Shown piece after piece: positions 1 through 11,275 of a stretch of 64,000 nt of DNA. The DNA is from Chlorokybus atmophyticus (taxonomy: Eukaryota > Plantae > Mesostigma and Chlorokybus algae), in contig RHPI01000008.1 in assembly GCA_009103225.1 (NCBI GenBank), positions 125,581 to 189,580 on the forward strand, in the 5' to 3' direction. Each line of letters begins with the position of its first letter. Within the stretch, counting starts at the first letter, position 1. A program made the position numbers and the translations under genes. The notes under the pieces are model-generated. The model made no database searches, had not been told where the DNA came from, and saw only the letters and a list, made by a program, of their open reading frames with translations.

Positions 1-2
1 AC

Positions 3-1017
3 ACGGAAATATTGTTGGTATGCATTGTTTGCTCTTGTGCAGCGGGAGACTGCAAGGCTAATGTTGGTGTGTAAAGGAGTGTGAGACGCGCTCAAGAGCG
101 AGAGCCGCTTGTGGTCTACAGTCAGGTTGACACCAAGTGTCGGGCTATACGAAACATTTGACGCTTTGCTGACAAGCGCATTGCTCTCGACTGCAAGCTG
201 GTCGACAACGTGACATTGCGAGGGTTGCAGCCGAGAGATGTTGAATTGCTTTATGCTATCCACAAGGTTTACCCGAATATCACCCACATAGACTGCAGGC
301 TGGAAGGAATCGTTGATTCCGAAGAGATCACCCGTTCTTCTTGGGACTGTGTTTTTCTAAAGCGTTGGAAAGCGTGCGTCTCTCAGTTGAGGTCTGCAAG
401 GGTGACCTTGATGTTGGCCCTTTGACGGCAAGTTCACAATTGCTGGACTTGACACTATGTGTTGGCACGGATACCCAACGCATAGACGGGCTCGGCAAGT
501 TGAAGCTGAGGTCTTTTTCATTGCGTGGATGCAAGTGCATGTTGACGGGACCAACAGGTCTGAAGGTGTTGGAAAATCAAGTGCAACAAATACGCTTGAC
601 TGGACCATTATGGGAGAAGTTTAGCAGACCTGAGCAATGTTATCAGCAAGGCAGTTCGGCGAGCAGAGGGAATCATGTTTCTTACCGCGAAGCGAAGTGA
701 TGCGTATTGGTTGCTGTTGGACGCTTCAGTTGACACGACAATGCTGTTCTTGTAAGTGACAACGCACACAAGTTAGCGTGGTTGAGGTCTCTGCGGAGCA
801 CAATGAAGTGTGGGCTCACGCATGTGCGACTACTCCACAGTTGCGAGACTGCTTGTCCAAGCTCGCTCTCTACATGGAGGAGGCGGCAATCCATGATGAG
901 GTTGAGTCTTTGAACGTTATGCTTCATCATGAGCGCTATGGAGGTTTCGACTATGGTGTGCCCTCGGTAGAAGTATCTTACTTAATTGACAGACTTCCAT
1001 TGGCCTGCACTGCGTAG
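3..1017 (+). pseudogene. Probable F-box (LRR-type) protein pseudogene, 5' truncated by the window edge
   Basis: Joining frames gives TEILLVCIVCSCA / RETARLMLVCKGV*DALKSESRLWSTVRL, which resembles the F-box pattern EIL..I......D.ARL.LVCK.W...LW. There is an in-frame TGA at 82-84. Further frame switches are needed to link the Leu-rich ORFs 210-425, 341-700 and 778-1017. Confidence 0.45.
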
Positions 1018-2394
1018 CACGCACATTGTTCTTGTGGTAGTCACCAAGAAGCAGGTCCAGTTGTTTCATACAACTGAGAGTGCCACAAGTAACAAGCAGC
1101 AGATCTGCTTGTTGTTGTCACACCATCATGTCCACTACAGACCTGAAGCCAGCCATTATTGCTAGCTTTCATACAGACAGAGGGCTTGTGAGGCTGTACT
1201 CTTGTTGCTTGCAAGCACAACAGTAAATGTCAAGGTATGCATGCTTGCACCTATCTTCCGCAATGTGGTGTACGCCGGTGTAATTGTCACGCTTACATGG
1301 CCGCGCAGGCCAAAGCTGGTGAGTAGTTGCACTTCAAATGCAAGGATTCGCCCCAGTTGGGCTTCGCTTGTGCAGCCACAAGTCGCACCCATTCAGCAAC
1401 ACTAGTGGCAGCACATTGCGGAACCTGCTTGCATTCAGCTCTCCACCAACAAGTCTACCGCTAAGTGCACCCCATGGACGTCCCGCAGTTGGCATCCTGC
1501 TTGACAGTGCATGTGTCCGAACCATGTGTAGATATGCAGGGGATTCCTCTTTTGCAGCTACTGTCGAACAGTACATGGCGAACACACTATCGATGCCATC
1601 ATCGCAATACCTGCAACAATCAGGTTACACTATGATGCAAGCGCCTTTGAGAAGAGACGGAACATCCTACCGCTCATGCGCTTGTACGCAAAGCCGTGCA
1701 CTACAAACACGATCTCCTCAGCAGAGGTTTGCTGACTGCCAGCTTGGGGGCCCCCAAGCCCCGGGGTAAAGCTGCGCGAGCGTGTAAGCGCATGCACGTG
1801 CGTGTGTGCACATGCGCGTGCGTGCCTGTATGTGGGTGGGTGTGCCCATCTCTTCAAGGAGGCATGCAAGCCAAGGCTAGACCGCTTGACGTAGACTCAG
1901 TTCACACTGAAGTTGCTACGACTTGGTGGTGCAACCGAGCAGATAACTATTGTACTAGAAGTTTGACACCGAGTTTTACACGGATGTGCAGTCTGTATTG
2001 CAGATGCACTGTCACTGGTGCTGTCACCTCGCCTAACACTGTCGTCGAACCAAGCAGTATGTGCAACTGACATATGTTAGCAGCTGCGCGGCCGTTCGTG
2101 TGGCACAAAGCTTGTTTATTGACTAAATATAGCAACAACACCATGCCACCGAACGCGGCATATTGTGCTGCAGCGTTTTCAGAAGATGTCGCCTTCGTGT
2201 GCGTACACACCATGCAGGCACAATGATCAGCTGTGCAAGAGAATGCACACATACATTGTCACAAAGCACGCCAAAAAGAATGGCAGTACAACACGTTGCC
2301 AGGTGTATGCGTCTGGTATTCGCTGAGCTCACACAAACAACTAACTTCTTACAGACGCCAAGCATGCGACTGTACTACACGGAGCTTAGTTGCC

Positions 2395-3338
2395 AACTGT
2401 GACTGTGTGCATTATCTTCAGTGCTATTTGGAATGGGCAAGGTAAGCAAGTACACAAAAGGTCTGCAGCAGGCACCAGTGCATACGAGCACACATGCATT
2501 GCCAAGGAGGTTGCATTTGCAACCACGTAAGTAACTGAAATGCAGTCTGTTTTTGTTGACTTGCTGCTACCCACACAGGGCATATCTCGCCTTCACGCAC
2601 AGATTAACACGTCGGCAACAGCATGCATGCAATACTTGATGTGGCCAGCATCCATGTTGCAAACGTGTGCACTGCGTACAGAATCATGACAGTGTATGCT
2701 GACCAAGGTATTTGCACCCTGCAATAGCAGACTGACATCAGCCCTGCCATCATGCGGTCGTAGCGCTTGTGCACGATGACGAGGCTGCCTTCATGCAACG
2801 ACCCTGCTGAGGCAGCTTCGGTTCTGTCTACCACGTCGCCGCCGCCGCCGCCGCCGCCGCAACAGCCACAGTTCTGCTCTGCTCTGCTCAGGTAAAGCGC
2901 TTAAGCCAGTAGCAGCAGCGCACGCAATTGGCCTGACGAAGCTCCACTTGGGCGGCGGTGAGCGGCTTACCTGGAAGCTTTCTTCGACTTGGTGTTGGAA
3001 CTCACGGGTCCCCAGCGCTGCTTGGAGCTTGTCTAAGCAAGCGGGTTTGCTTACGAGGTCTGCTTTTTGTTGTGCCGCAGGGTGAATGCTTAAACTTGTA
3101 TACGTTTAGCCTCTCATTGACAGCTCTCATAAGGTTACCACCATCACGACACCATCGCCGCACAACACTCCAGCCTGCGATTGCTCGGAGCACAGCGCCA
3201 CTTAGCACATTTGTTGGTGTAAGGAGCTCAATCACGTTCGTTCTGGCGCAGGTGCTTGAGCTATAGGCGTTTTCTGTTTGCAAACATGTATTCCATGCAT
3301 TTTGCCAAGGCAAGCGCATTCACAGATGTTTATACACC

Positions 3339-3384
<46 letters not shown>

Positions 3385-3530
3385 TGTGTGTGTGTACGCT
3401 CGCGCGCGCACGTGATCCCGAGGCCTGCAGCTAGCGGTGTCCCCTAGCTACTGTGCCACTGGATCTGGTGTAACATCTACAGAAAACAAGTGTGTCAATC
3501 TGGCGTGCTGCATGCAGATTACATCAGGTG
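2395..3530 (+). pseudogene. Decayed sixth BTB gene copy (D-type remnant)
   Basis: 3245-3292 (GCG CAG GTG CTT GAG CTA TAG GCGTTTTCTGTTTGCAAA) matches the end of BTB-D (GCG GAG GTG CTC GAG CTG TAG GCGTTTTCCGTTTGCAAG). Both are followed by a (CT)n tract and then a shared flank (tacagaaaacaagtgtgt vs tacagagaacaatcgtgt). 2580-2707 weakly resembles D exon 2 (cacag|GGCA...CTGACCAAG|GTAT). Confidence 0.5.
3341..3382. repeat. (CT)n microsatellite
   Basis: Direct reading. Confidence 0.95.
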
Positions 3531-4603
3531 ACACGGCGCGCGGTGGCGGGAACATACGTACGCCATGTATCCAACACCCTACTCTTGATCAGTTGTCGAG
3601 GTTCGTCAGTCAGCATCGTTTGGTCTCTGTGGGTTTCATCTATAGATGTAGTTGTATACAGATGTGCAATGCACAAGGGTGTGCATAGCATGTCTCGCTC
3701 ACTATCACTCGCAGCAGCGACCAACAGCACACACACAGTCACGCACAGCGCCCACACGTCTCCCATGGCCATAATACTCCGCACACCACGCCCAACGTCG
3801 CCTAGGCCTAGCTGCTGCTCCTCCCCATGATTACCCAGCGCCACTGTCGCTCACTCCACGGCCAGGGCCGCGTCCACCTCTACGTTTCCTGCACCGGCGA
3901 CTCCTTTGTCTTCGTAGCAAAAAGCTTTGTCAATTTGCTTGTGTGCACGAGCAGGACAGTTGGCAGAGAGTGTATGTTCCAGGGTTCCCGTGACTTTCAC
4001 AGCAGCGTAGCTGGCACCACTCATGGCTGTTGTAACTCACGGCCCTTCAAGGCTTTGGATGCCGTCGAAACGGGTCTGCATTGTGTTGGAGAAGCGAGAC
4101 ACCTATAGAAAGCCTGTAGTCAACAATGGGTTTGTGCTCTGCATCTGGTCAGTATGCTTGATGATGGCTACCACTCATGCAACACCAACGTGCAGACGAT
4201 TGGCCGTCGTTCAAGGGTATCGTGCTTTGATACCAGAAAGGTCTTAGGCTTCCGAAGCCTCTGAGTCCTTCTTGGAGGACACGGTGACGTCCTTTTGGTT
4301 GTTCACGTACACTCTAGCTCGTCGCCATGACTGCGTAGGCCACCAGCGTTGCATACACTCACGCCCCTCTCCTCGTGCAGGTTGTCCCCCTGCTACTTCT
4401 GCTGCACTGTACAAATTCCCATCCCATCCTCCACTACTGCACGAACTTGCATTCCACATAGCTTATTGGGTGTTAAGGATAGTATAGTATAGTATGCAAG
4501 GATTGTGGCATGCATGAGAATGTAGTAAACATGCATGCAGTCCGCACACTACACCATCGCACTCTTATGTGTGTACACAAAAGGGGTGTTTGTATGCCGA
4601 CAT

Positions 4604-5196
4604 GTGTAGAAAATATGCAATGCTGTGCATGTGACTCACCATTGCACGGCCTATGTGACATACACAAGCACCAGCACAATCAACATGGCAACACCCACAA
4701 CATCTTTATTACCACCGGGCTACCTATACAAACCTAGCTACCTAGCTGCCTATCTTCACTACAGCCCGTACCCCGTTAGCTCTGCATGCAGGCAGACTTA
4801 ATTACCTGTCACACCTGTGTGTGAGCTACTCCCCCCGGGCGAATTGTAGTGTTGAAGCCTTGTTTCTGGGCCGCTTTATGCATGTGTTGATGCTTGTATG
4901 TTGCTGTCGGTTACGCCTTGCCTATCTCTTAAAACTTATACACACAAAACCTACATATATACATGTGAACAAGTAGTCACCGTCTGACATGCTCACTAGC
5001 ACACTGGCGGTGTGGCAGGTGATGATGCATGCATGTTGACTAACGGGGTAAGGGCAATAATGAAGCTAGCTACCTAGGTTGTATAGGCAGCCCGGTGGTG
5101 AAATAAGTTGCCATGTTGGACTGTGCTTGTGCTGGCGTATGTTGCATGGGCCGTGCAACGATGAGTCACATGCACAGCATTGCATACTTTCTACAC
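4604..5196. repeat. Long imperfect inverted repeat (arms ~4604-4790 and ~5022-5196); MITE/foldback-like element or hairpin locus
   Basis: The reverse complement of the left arm (tgtataggtagcccggtggt...ggccgtgcaatggtgagtcacatgcacagcattgcatattttctacac) matches the right arm (tgtataggcagcccggtggt...ggccgtgcaacgatgagtcacatgcacagcattgcatactttctacac). The ORF track shows the same peptide on both strands (HRPCNGESHAQHCIFST / HGPCNDESHAQHCILST). No TSD found. Confidence 0.8.
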
Positions 5197-5966
5197 TCCA
5201 CACACACGCTCAATTGCACAATTACACTCTATATACATATGTAATTGCGTGCGTGTATCATGCTGTGCTATTTTCACATCACACACCGCACGCACAGCAC
5301 CCAGCGTCACATACGCCCACACGTTACTCCATCGCACATATTGTTAACATATCCCGTCCAGCATCCCGCGGCGTCACCCGCGCCGGTGCACCGCCACACA
5401 CGGTTAATTGCAAATCCGTATTGCTGAACATCGCGGCGACCAGCACCAAGCAACTCGTCAACTTGGTCGCTTCAGGCTGCAATTGCATTGCCACTGGTGC
5501 TGCTGCCTCGGCTAAGGCTATCTGTGAGCAAAGTACTATTCAACTACGATATGCTGCGGCCGTTAAGCCTTACTTGCAAGCGTGCTCACATACTATTGCC
5601 GTCTGGTTGGGCAAAAACGCCACCGACACGCAACTGTGCTGTTCCCTAATGCTGCTTGCGGAACTCCGCAAATCCCCTTCATGTGCTTCTGAAATGTCTC
5701 AAACCCTTTGGCCTGTGTCAAGCAAGTTCAGTTGAAAACAACACTAAATGCACGCATGCGTACACTTGTGGCATAGATACAGCACCATTGCCTCATGAGA
5801 TTGAGAACGCAGCAGTTAGATGTCACTCACCTAGTGTGTTGGCAACATTACTCCTATCACTTCGTGGTAGTTTCCTAGTGAAGTAGGGCTGCTTTTTTCC
5901 CAATGTTACCCCTACTGCATCGTAGCTTCCAACCAAGCCGCAGCTAGACTGGTAGTTTTTCAAATC

Positions 5967-6000
5967 CTACCAGTGCATGCATGCATGCATGCACTGGTAG
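5967..6000. repeat. Perfect 34-bp palindrome with a (ATGC)n core
   Basis: CTACCAGTGCATGCATGCATGCATGCACTGGTAG equals its own reverse complement. Confidence 0.9.
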
Positions 6001-6384
6001 CTTCCAACCAGACACTATTTAGTGGTCGTTTCTCCTGCACTAAACTAAACTGCATTATAGGGACAGCACTCCACTTCAAAAGAGCACTGCACTGTAGGTT
6101 GCGGAGCAGTACTATATTAAACTAAGGCAATTTAGTAAACTGTTATGGTGAAATGAAGTTTTACCGTCGTCTGCACTAGAGCAAGATCATTTCACCACCG
6201 TTTACACTTGATGCAGCAAAAAGTTGCCGGCAAATATGTGCTGCACTGCACTCTATCGTAGATCTGCCAGCATTTCACTATGCTGCTGCTGGCTGACAGC
6301 ACTTCACTAGGCTGGGCTGCATTTGAATGCACGAAAACTACGTTGGCTGTGCATTTTGCAGGCAGCCCGCAAGGCGCAGTGCGG

Positions 6385-6440
6385 AGAATAATCTCTTTAT
6401 TAAAAGAATAATCTCTTTATTAAAAGAATAATCTCTTTAT
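6385..6440. repeat. 20-bp tandem repeat, 2.8 copies
   Basis: AGAATAATCTCTTTATTAAA twice plus a 16-nt partial copy. Confidence 0.9.
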
Positions 6441-6467
6441 GTATAATAAATCACTTTGCTTATCCAC

Positions 6468-7342
6468 TCATCTACTTGATATCGCAACAACCGACAGCTG
6501 GTTCAACAGCCTGACCCCCGCAAGCATTCCCTCCCACCGCTCGTCAGTCAACAGCTGCTTGTCGTTGTCAACCTTCGTCTGCAATTAAGGGCGTGACAAC
6601 TTGAAAAGATCTCCAACCATCAGCAACGTGCGTGCTGTTTAGGGGCAATCGTGTGTGTTGTTTGAGGGGCAATCATGTACAGAAATTGAAGCGCCCACTT
6701 ACATACGCTGGAAACTGATTATGAGGCGAGCAGGCACAGAATGCTACACGTAGTTGCTGCTCATATGTCTGCTGCGCAGGTGCATCACATGGCGCCATGG
6801 CGATTAGTTGTTGAGGGTATTTGCCTCTCAAGCAGCAGCAGGCCGGTGTTCGAGGCAACAGAGGATCTGAGGAACAGATGACGGTCTGAGCACAAGTGCA
6901 ACTTGAACTTTCCAGTCTGCACATTACAAGCAGCCAGGTGCTTGTGAGGCCTGTCCTAGGACAGGAATGCAGCCAAGTAGCCACCACAAGCTTTCAATAG
7001 TACCACTTCGTTGACACCCTTGGCGTGTGCTTTTATATGCGTGCGGACCAAGCATATCCTCGTGGGGACGCAAGCAACAGATGTAAGGGCCCAACCGGGC
7101 CCTTACATCTGCTGCTTGTGTGCTGGCTCAGCACGCCCATCAAAACAAAACACTGCTTGACTGCCATTCACCAACTCATTACTCTTCTTGAATGGTAAGC
7201 TGTCAGCTACTCGCTGTCTAAGTAGGACACCATTCCCACCTACAACAAGCGAGGCCACACTGCGCACCACCATGCATGCCTGCGTTGAATATGCAATCCG
7301 CCACTCACTCGATGATGGAGGGCGCTTCCACTCCAACAGCAT
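6468..7342 (-). other. Orphan spliced gene X, copy A (putative exons 7342-7309, 6955-6703, 6578-6468); exon 1 is out of phase with exon 2
   Basis: Donor GTGAGT after 7309, acceptor CTAG before 6955, donor GTAAGT after 6703, acceptor GCAG before 6578. Exons 2+3 give ~120 open codons across a phase-0 junction, ending TKVDNDKQLLTDERWEGMLAGVRLLNQLSVVAISSR*. Homologous blocks occur at 16278-16745 and 20402-21270. Confidence 0.4.
7071..7118. other. 22-bp stem-loop (15 perfect bp, 1 mismatch, 6 bp; 4-nt loop) in intron 1 of gene X-A
   Basis: CAAGCA-A-CAGATGTAAGGGCCC AACC GGGCCCTTACATCTG-C-TGCTTG. Confidence 0.85.
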
Positions 7343-7623
7343 AAGGAGCAGCTTCACCTCCTCTTCGCACACGCCACCACACAGCAGGGACCGCCCCTGC
7401 CGCCACTTCTAAGCCACTCCACCTCACTGAGTGGCACTAGTCCACAGCAGCAGAGTACGCTGCAGTCACCCCAAACACTAACAGCTACGGTCGACTCCTC
7501 CTCCTTTTGAACGCTACCAGCAGAAGCAGCAGACCAAGCTCAGCTCAGCTCAGCACAGAGCTGTTGAGCACAACACCCCGCGCGATACTACCCCGCTGGC
7601 CTGCTGCTCCCACGGCGATGGCA

Positions 7624-7673
7624 ATAAGCACGACGGCGTGCATTGCATTGCATTGCATTGTTGTCGTGCTTAT
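7624..7673. promoter_or_regulatory. Conserved palindrome, copy A, between divergent gene X and the BTB gene
   Basis: ATAAGCACGAC (7624-7634), 28-nt spacer, GTCGTGCTTAT (7663-7673). Regulatory role inferred from position. Confidence 0.55.
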
Positions 7674-8867
7674 CTCTCGTTCTCAACTTCTGCCGGCAGT
7701 CAGGTCCTTACTGCGGCGCGACAGGCTGTGGTGGATGCTGACAGCTGCGAAGGCTCGCTATGCAGGGAGCGAAAACAAGGGGTCTGTGGATTGGGATCGG
7801 TGAGGGTGGTGGCGGCGGGGGCGGCGGCTGGGACGGAGCGGGGACAGGAGGGAGAGAGGCAGGTTGTGCGGTTAGGGAGGCCAGGCGGCCTGTGTGGCAG
7901 CGCGCTTTCTGTGTGCGGGGAGTCTCCTGCAGGAGGTCGCTTGTATTGACTCAAGCTCGGAGCGCTGCTGCTTCTGGTAGGACTGCTTGCTTGCATGGTT
8001 TGCGGTGTGGATGCTGCTGTCACAAAATGCACGGCATTTGTAGCTTACTGTTCTCGTCATCGAAGCGAACCGTGAGCATTGGGCTGGCTGAACTTGCAGC
8101 AAAGCAAGTAATGGTATGGCAGTGCAACCCGCACTGCGTCAAGTGTGCAGCACTCACGCAGAGTGAATTGACATCAAACTGAGTATACCCTCAATGGCTC
8201 ATCTTCAAGCTGATGACGGTCACCGACATTCTGTGCATGCTTCGCCTAGGTATTCACGGGTGCATTACGCAAGAACACTTGTTGAGGAGCAGCGAGGTTG
8301 CAGTATCAGCCTTAGCCCAAGCCAGTCTTTGGTTACAAGCGTAGATGCTTCCAAGTGCGACAACACTGGTCAGTGTGACATGTAGCTGCATGCTTTCTTC
8401 AGCCAGGTCGCGTTCAAGTTTCACTTTCCCAACCAATCTTTTATAGTGAAAGGCTTGGCATACATGCACAGGGAGCACTGGGCGACTCTGTGATGAATGT
8501 GCCACACCTGATGGCTGCGGCGACAAGCTTGGGTCGGCGTCGTCCGGCCGGGATGCAGCTTCACCAAATGCAGCAGCGCCTGTGTAGGCTGCCAAGCGGC
8601 AGCACTGTCAATCGCCCTCGCCAGCCAAATCCTCAGGTAGGCTACAACAGGGCGTCAGCTAAGCAACCGCAACCGTGTGCTCTTTTCGAAACACTTGCTG
8701 CACTGATGTGATATGACGACTTCAGCACCGTCATAATTGCTGTTGCTGTTGCTGTGGTGTGGTTGTTGTTGCTGAATGCACATTGCTGGCCGGCCGCTGT
8801 GCGGACTTACTCCCATGGAATGTCAACGCAGTACAAACGTCACAGCTATTGCAATTGTCATTGCTCG

Positions 8868-9831
8868 ATGGTCCAGGAGGCAAGCGACGACTTCAGCGAC
8901 CTTGTGTTAGAAGTGGAAGGTCCGCTTGGCAAGCTGCCTGTTATGTTTGTCCTGTGTCATGTCAACCGGATGTCTTCCCCACCAAGTGCGTACCAATGTT
9001 GCTTGACAACACATGTACATCACAGGCAAAGAACTAAGGACCAGTAAATGGCTGCTGGGAAGACACAGCATTGTGCTGAAAGACCTGCTTCGCTCGTATA
9101 GTTCAACGCTGATTGTGGAAGACACGTCAGCGGCAGACATGGAGTTATTCTTGAGCCTCATGGCTCCCATTGACGGAACCACACTGCTACCTGACGTGGT
9201 ATGCGCGTCTTTGGTTGCTGCTGATGTTGTTCTGTCATGTTCGCAGTCAGTCATAACATGTTGAAGCTATGTACATATGCATGTGAGAAGCTACGCCAGT
9301 AACTCACATTGAAGGTTCAACAAATTTTTCTAACCCTATGTATGCCAGGCTGCAGCGGAAAGAATGCTGGAGATGGCAAGGAAGTACCAAGTCAGGATTG
9401 TGATGCACAGTTGTGAGCAATATCTCCTGAGCCAACTTCAACAACAACCCGCCAAGCTGGCAGCGCTTGCGGATGTTTACAGCCTGCCGCAGCTGCGTGA
9501 AGCCGTTATCGCACACTTGTCAAGGTGGGACGTGCCCATATCCGAGGTCCAAAAGCAGTACGTGTGCATGTGCCGTAGCGAGACCGTGTACGACATATTT
9601 ACAAAGCGATGGCGCAATACCTGTGCAGTTCTTGAGGAGTCTGCAACAGTGGAGTATCTGATTTATAGTGATGGTTGTGATCATGACTATGAAGGAAACG
9701 AGCCTTGGGATCAACAAGTTGTACCAGTCATCAAGACTGACGAGCCACGAGCCAAAAGAATCTGGGGGGAGAAACGCTATATCCACCCAGACACATTAGC
9801 TATATTGAATGACGCAAACACCTTGTCGTGA
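8868..9831 (+). CDS. BTB/POZ-domain protein A, 235 aa (exons 8868-8919, 9026-9198, 9349-9831)
   Basis: The spliced frame is open: MVQEASDDFSDLVLEVEG-KELRTSKWLLGRHSIVLKDLL...DMELFLSLM...MLEMARKYQVRIVMHSCEQYL. This fits the BTB pattern (SD..L.V.G..F..HK..LA..S.VF..M / A.KY.V..L...CE..L). Splice sites are canonical. Confidence 0.85.
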
Positions 9832-10731
9832 TTGACTCAACAGGTAGCCATGCAATGGTCGAGAGACGGTTCAGCCAGATGTAGAACTTCAGCAATCCTC
9901 ACTCGCAAATGTCAGACTTTATACAGCCATGCCCCAAATGATTGTAGATGTTGACACACTATGTGTGGTTGAACGGGGTAGACACTGCACGGGTTCATAA
10001 TGACTTCAATTTTTATAATGTTGCCCGTTCGAAAGGACCATTGACACGTCATTATCACAGCATGCGCATTGGGTACTACGTGTGATGGTCAACGCAACTC
10101 ATGTCATTAGTAAACACATAAAGTGCAGCGCCATGCCCGGTCACATGGTCACTAACTCTCTCGTTACTACACGAACAGCATGCATGCTGCGTGCAACTGT
10201 TGGATGCTTTATGCTAGACACGCATGGCTTGATTGCACCACCACACCCCGCCATAGATAAGCCAGTCACGCATACGCATTGCCAATGCAGATGTCTTTCT
10301 GGTATGAAGGGCAGGCGGCCACCGAGTCAGCTTGGCTTCACACGTCAGCAATACGTTACGGTAATATGAACACGAAGGAAGCAACCACTTAACCGCAGAC
10401 GGCTTTAGAGGTATATACATCTAGTTGCTAATGCTTTGATGTTGCTGAAGAGTTGCAAACCCGAATCCTGTCATGCTTGAAGTTTGAGACAGCACGTGTA
10501 TCACAAGGCTTGAGGACATGCGCAGCTGAACTCAAGCCTTGTGACCACCAGCCCTTCCACACAACAACTATATCAAACAATCTCTCTCCGAGAGAGATGG
10601 GGGAGGCTCCCCCCGTCATCACCAAACTGAAAGCCCCCTGCTGCGCAAGTGTGTGCGGGTGTGCGCACACACGCACTTGACACACACATCCCTTGCAATA
10701 ATACAGCCAGTCACCTCCCTCCCCCCCCCCC

Positions 10732-11193
10732 NNNNNNNNNNNNNNNNNNNNNNNNNNNNNNNNNNNNNNNNNNNNNNNNNNNNNNNNNNNNNNNNNNNNN
10801 NNNNNNNNNNNNNNNNNNNNNNNNNNNNNNNNNNNNNNNNNNNNNNNNNNNNNNNNNNNNNNNNNNNNNNNNNNNNNNNNNNNNNNNNNNNNNNNNNNNN
10901 NNNNNNNNNNNNNNNNNNNNNNNNNNNNNNNNNNNNNNNNNNNNNNNNNNNNNNNNNNNNNNNNNNNNNNNNNNNNNNNNNNNNNNNNNNNNNNNNNNNN
11001 NNNNNNNNNNNNNNNNNNNNNNNNNNNNNNNNNNNNNNNNNNNNNNNNNNNNNNNNNNNNNNNNNNNNNNNNNNNNNNNNNNNNNNNNNNNNNNNNNNNN
11101 NNNNNNNNNNNNNNNNNNNNNNNNNNNNNNNNNNNNNNNNNNNNNNNNNNNNNNNNNNNNNNNNNNNNNNNNNNNNNNNNNNNNNNNNNNNNN
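10732..11193. other. Assembly gap (others at 15967-16214, 34504-34727, 50200-50593; single N at 17853, 27041, 41709)
   Basis: N runs, mostly flanked by poly-G/poly-C tracts. Confidence 0.99.
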
Positions 11194-11233
11194 AGCCATT
11201 CAGGCCTATCCCTGAAGCACTGCATCCCCCCCG

Positions 11234-11275
<42 letters not shown>

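Noticed and set aside
3690-4450. Transit-peptide-like start and exon-like pieces (ASEASESFLEDTVTSFWLFTYTLARRHD)
   Set aside because: In-frame stops, and no consistent splice model or family could be built.
5079-5735. 218-aa plus-strand ORF
   Set aside because: It starts inside the inverted-repeat arm, lacks an ATG start and has no recognisable motif or splice support.
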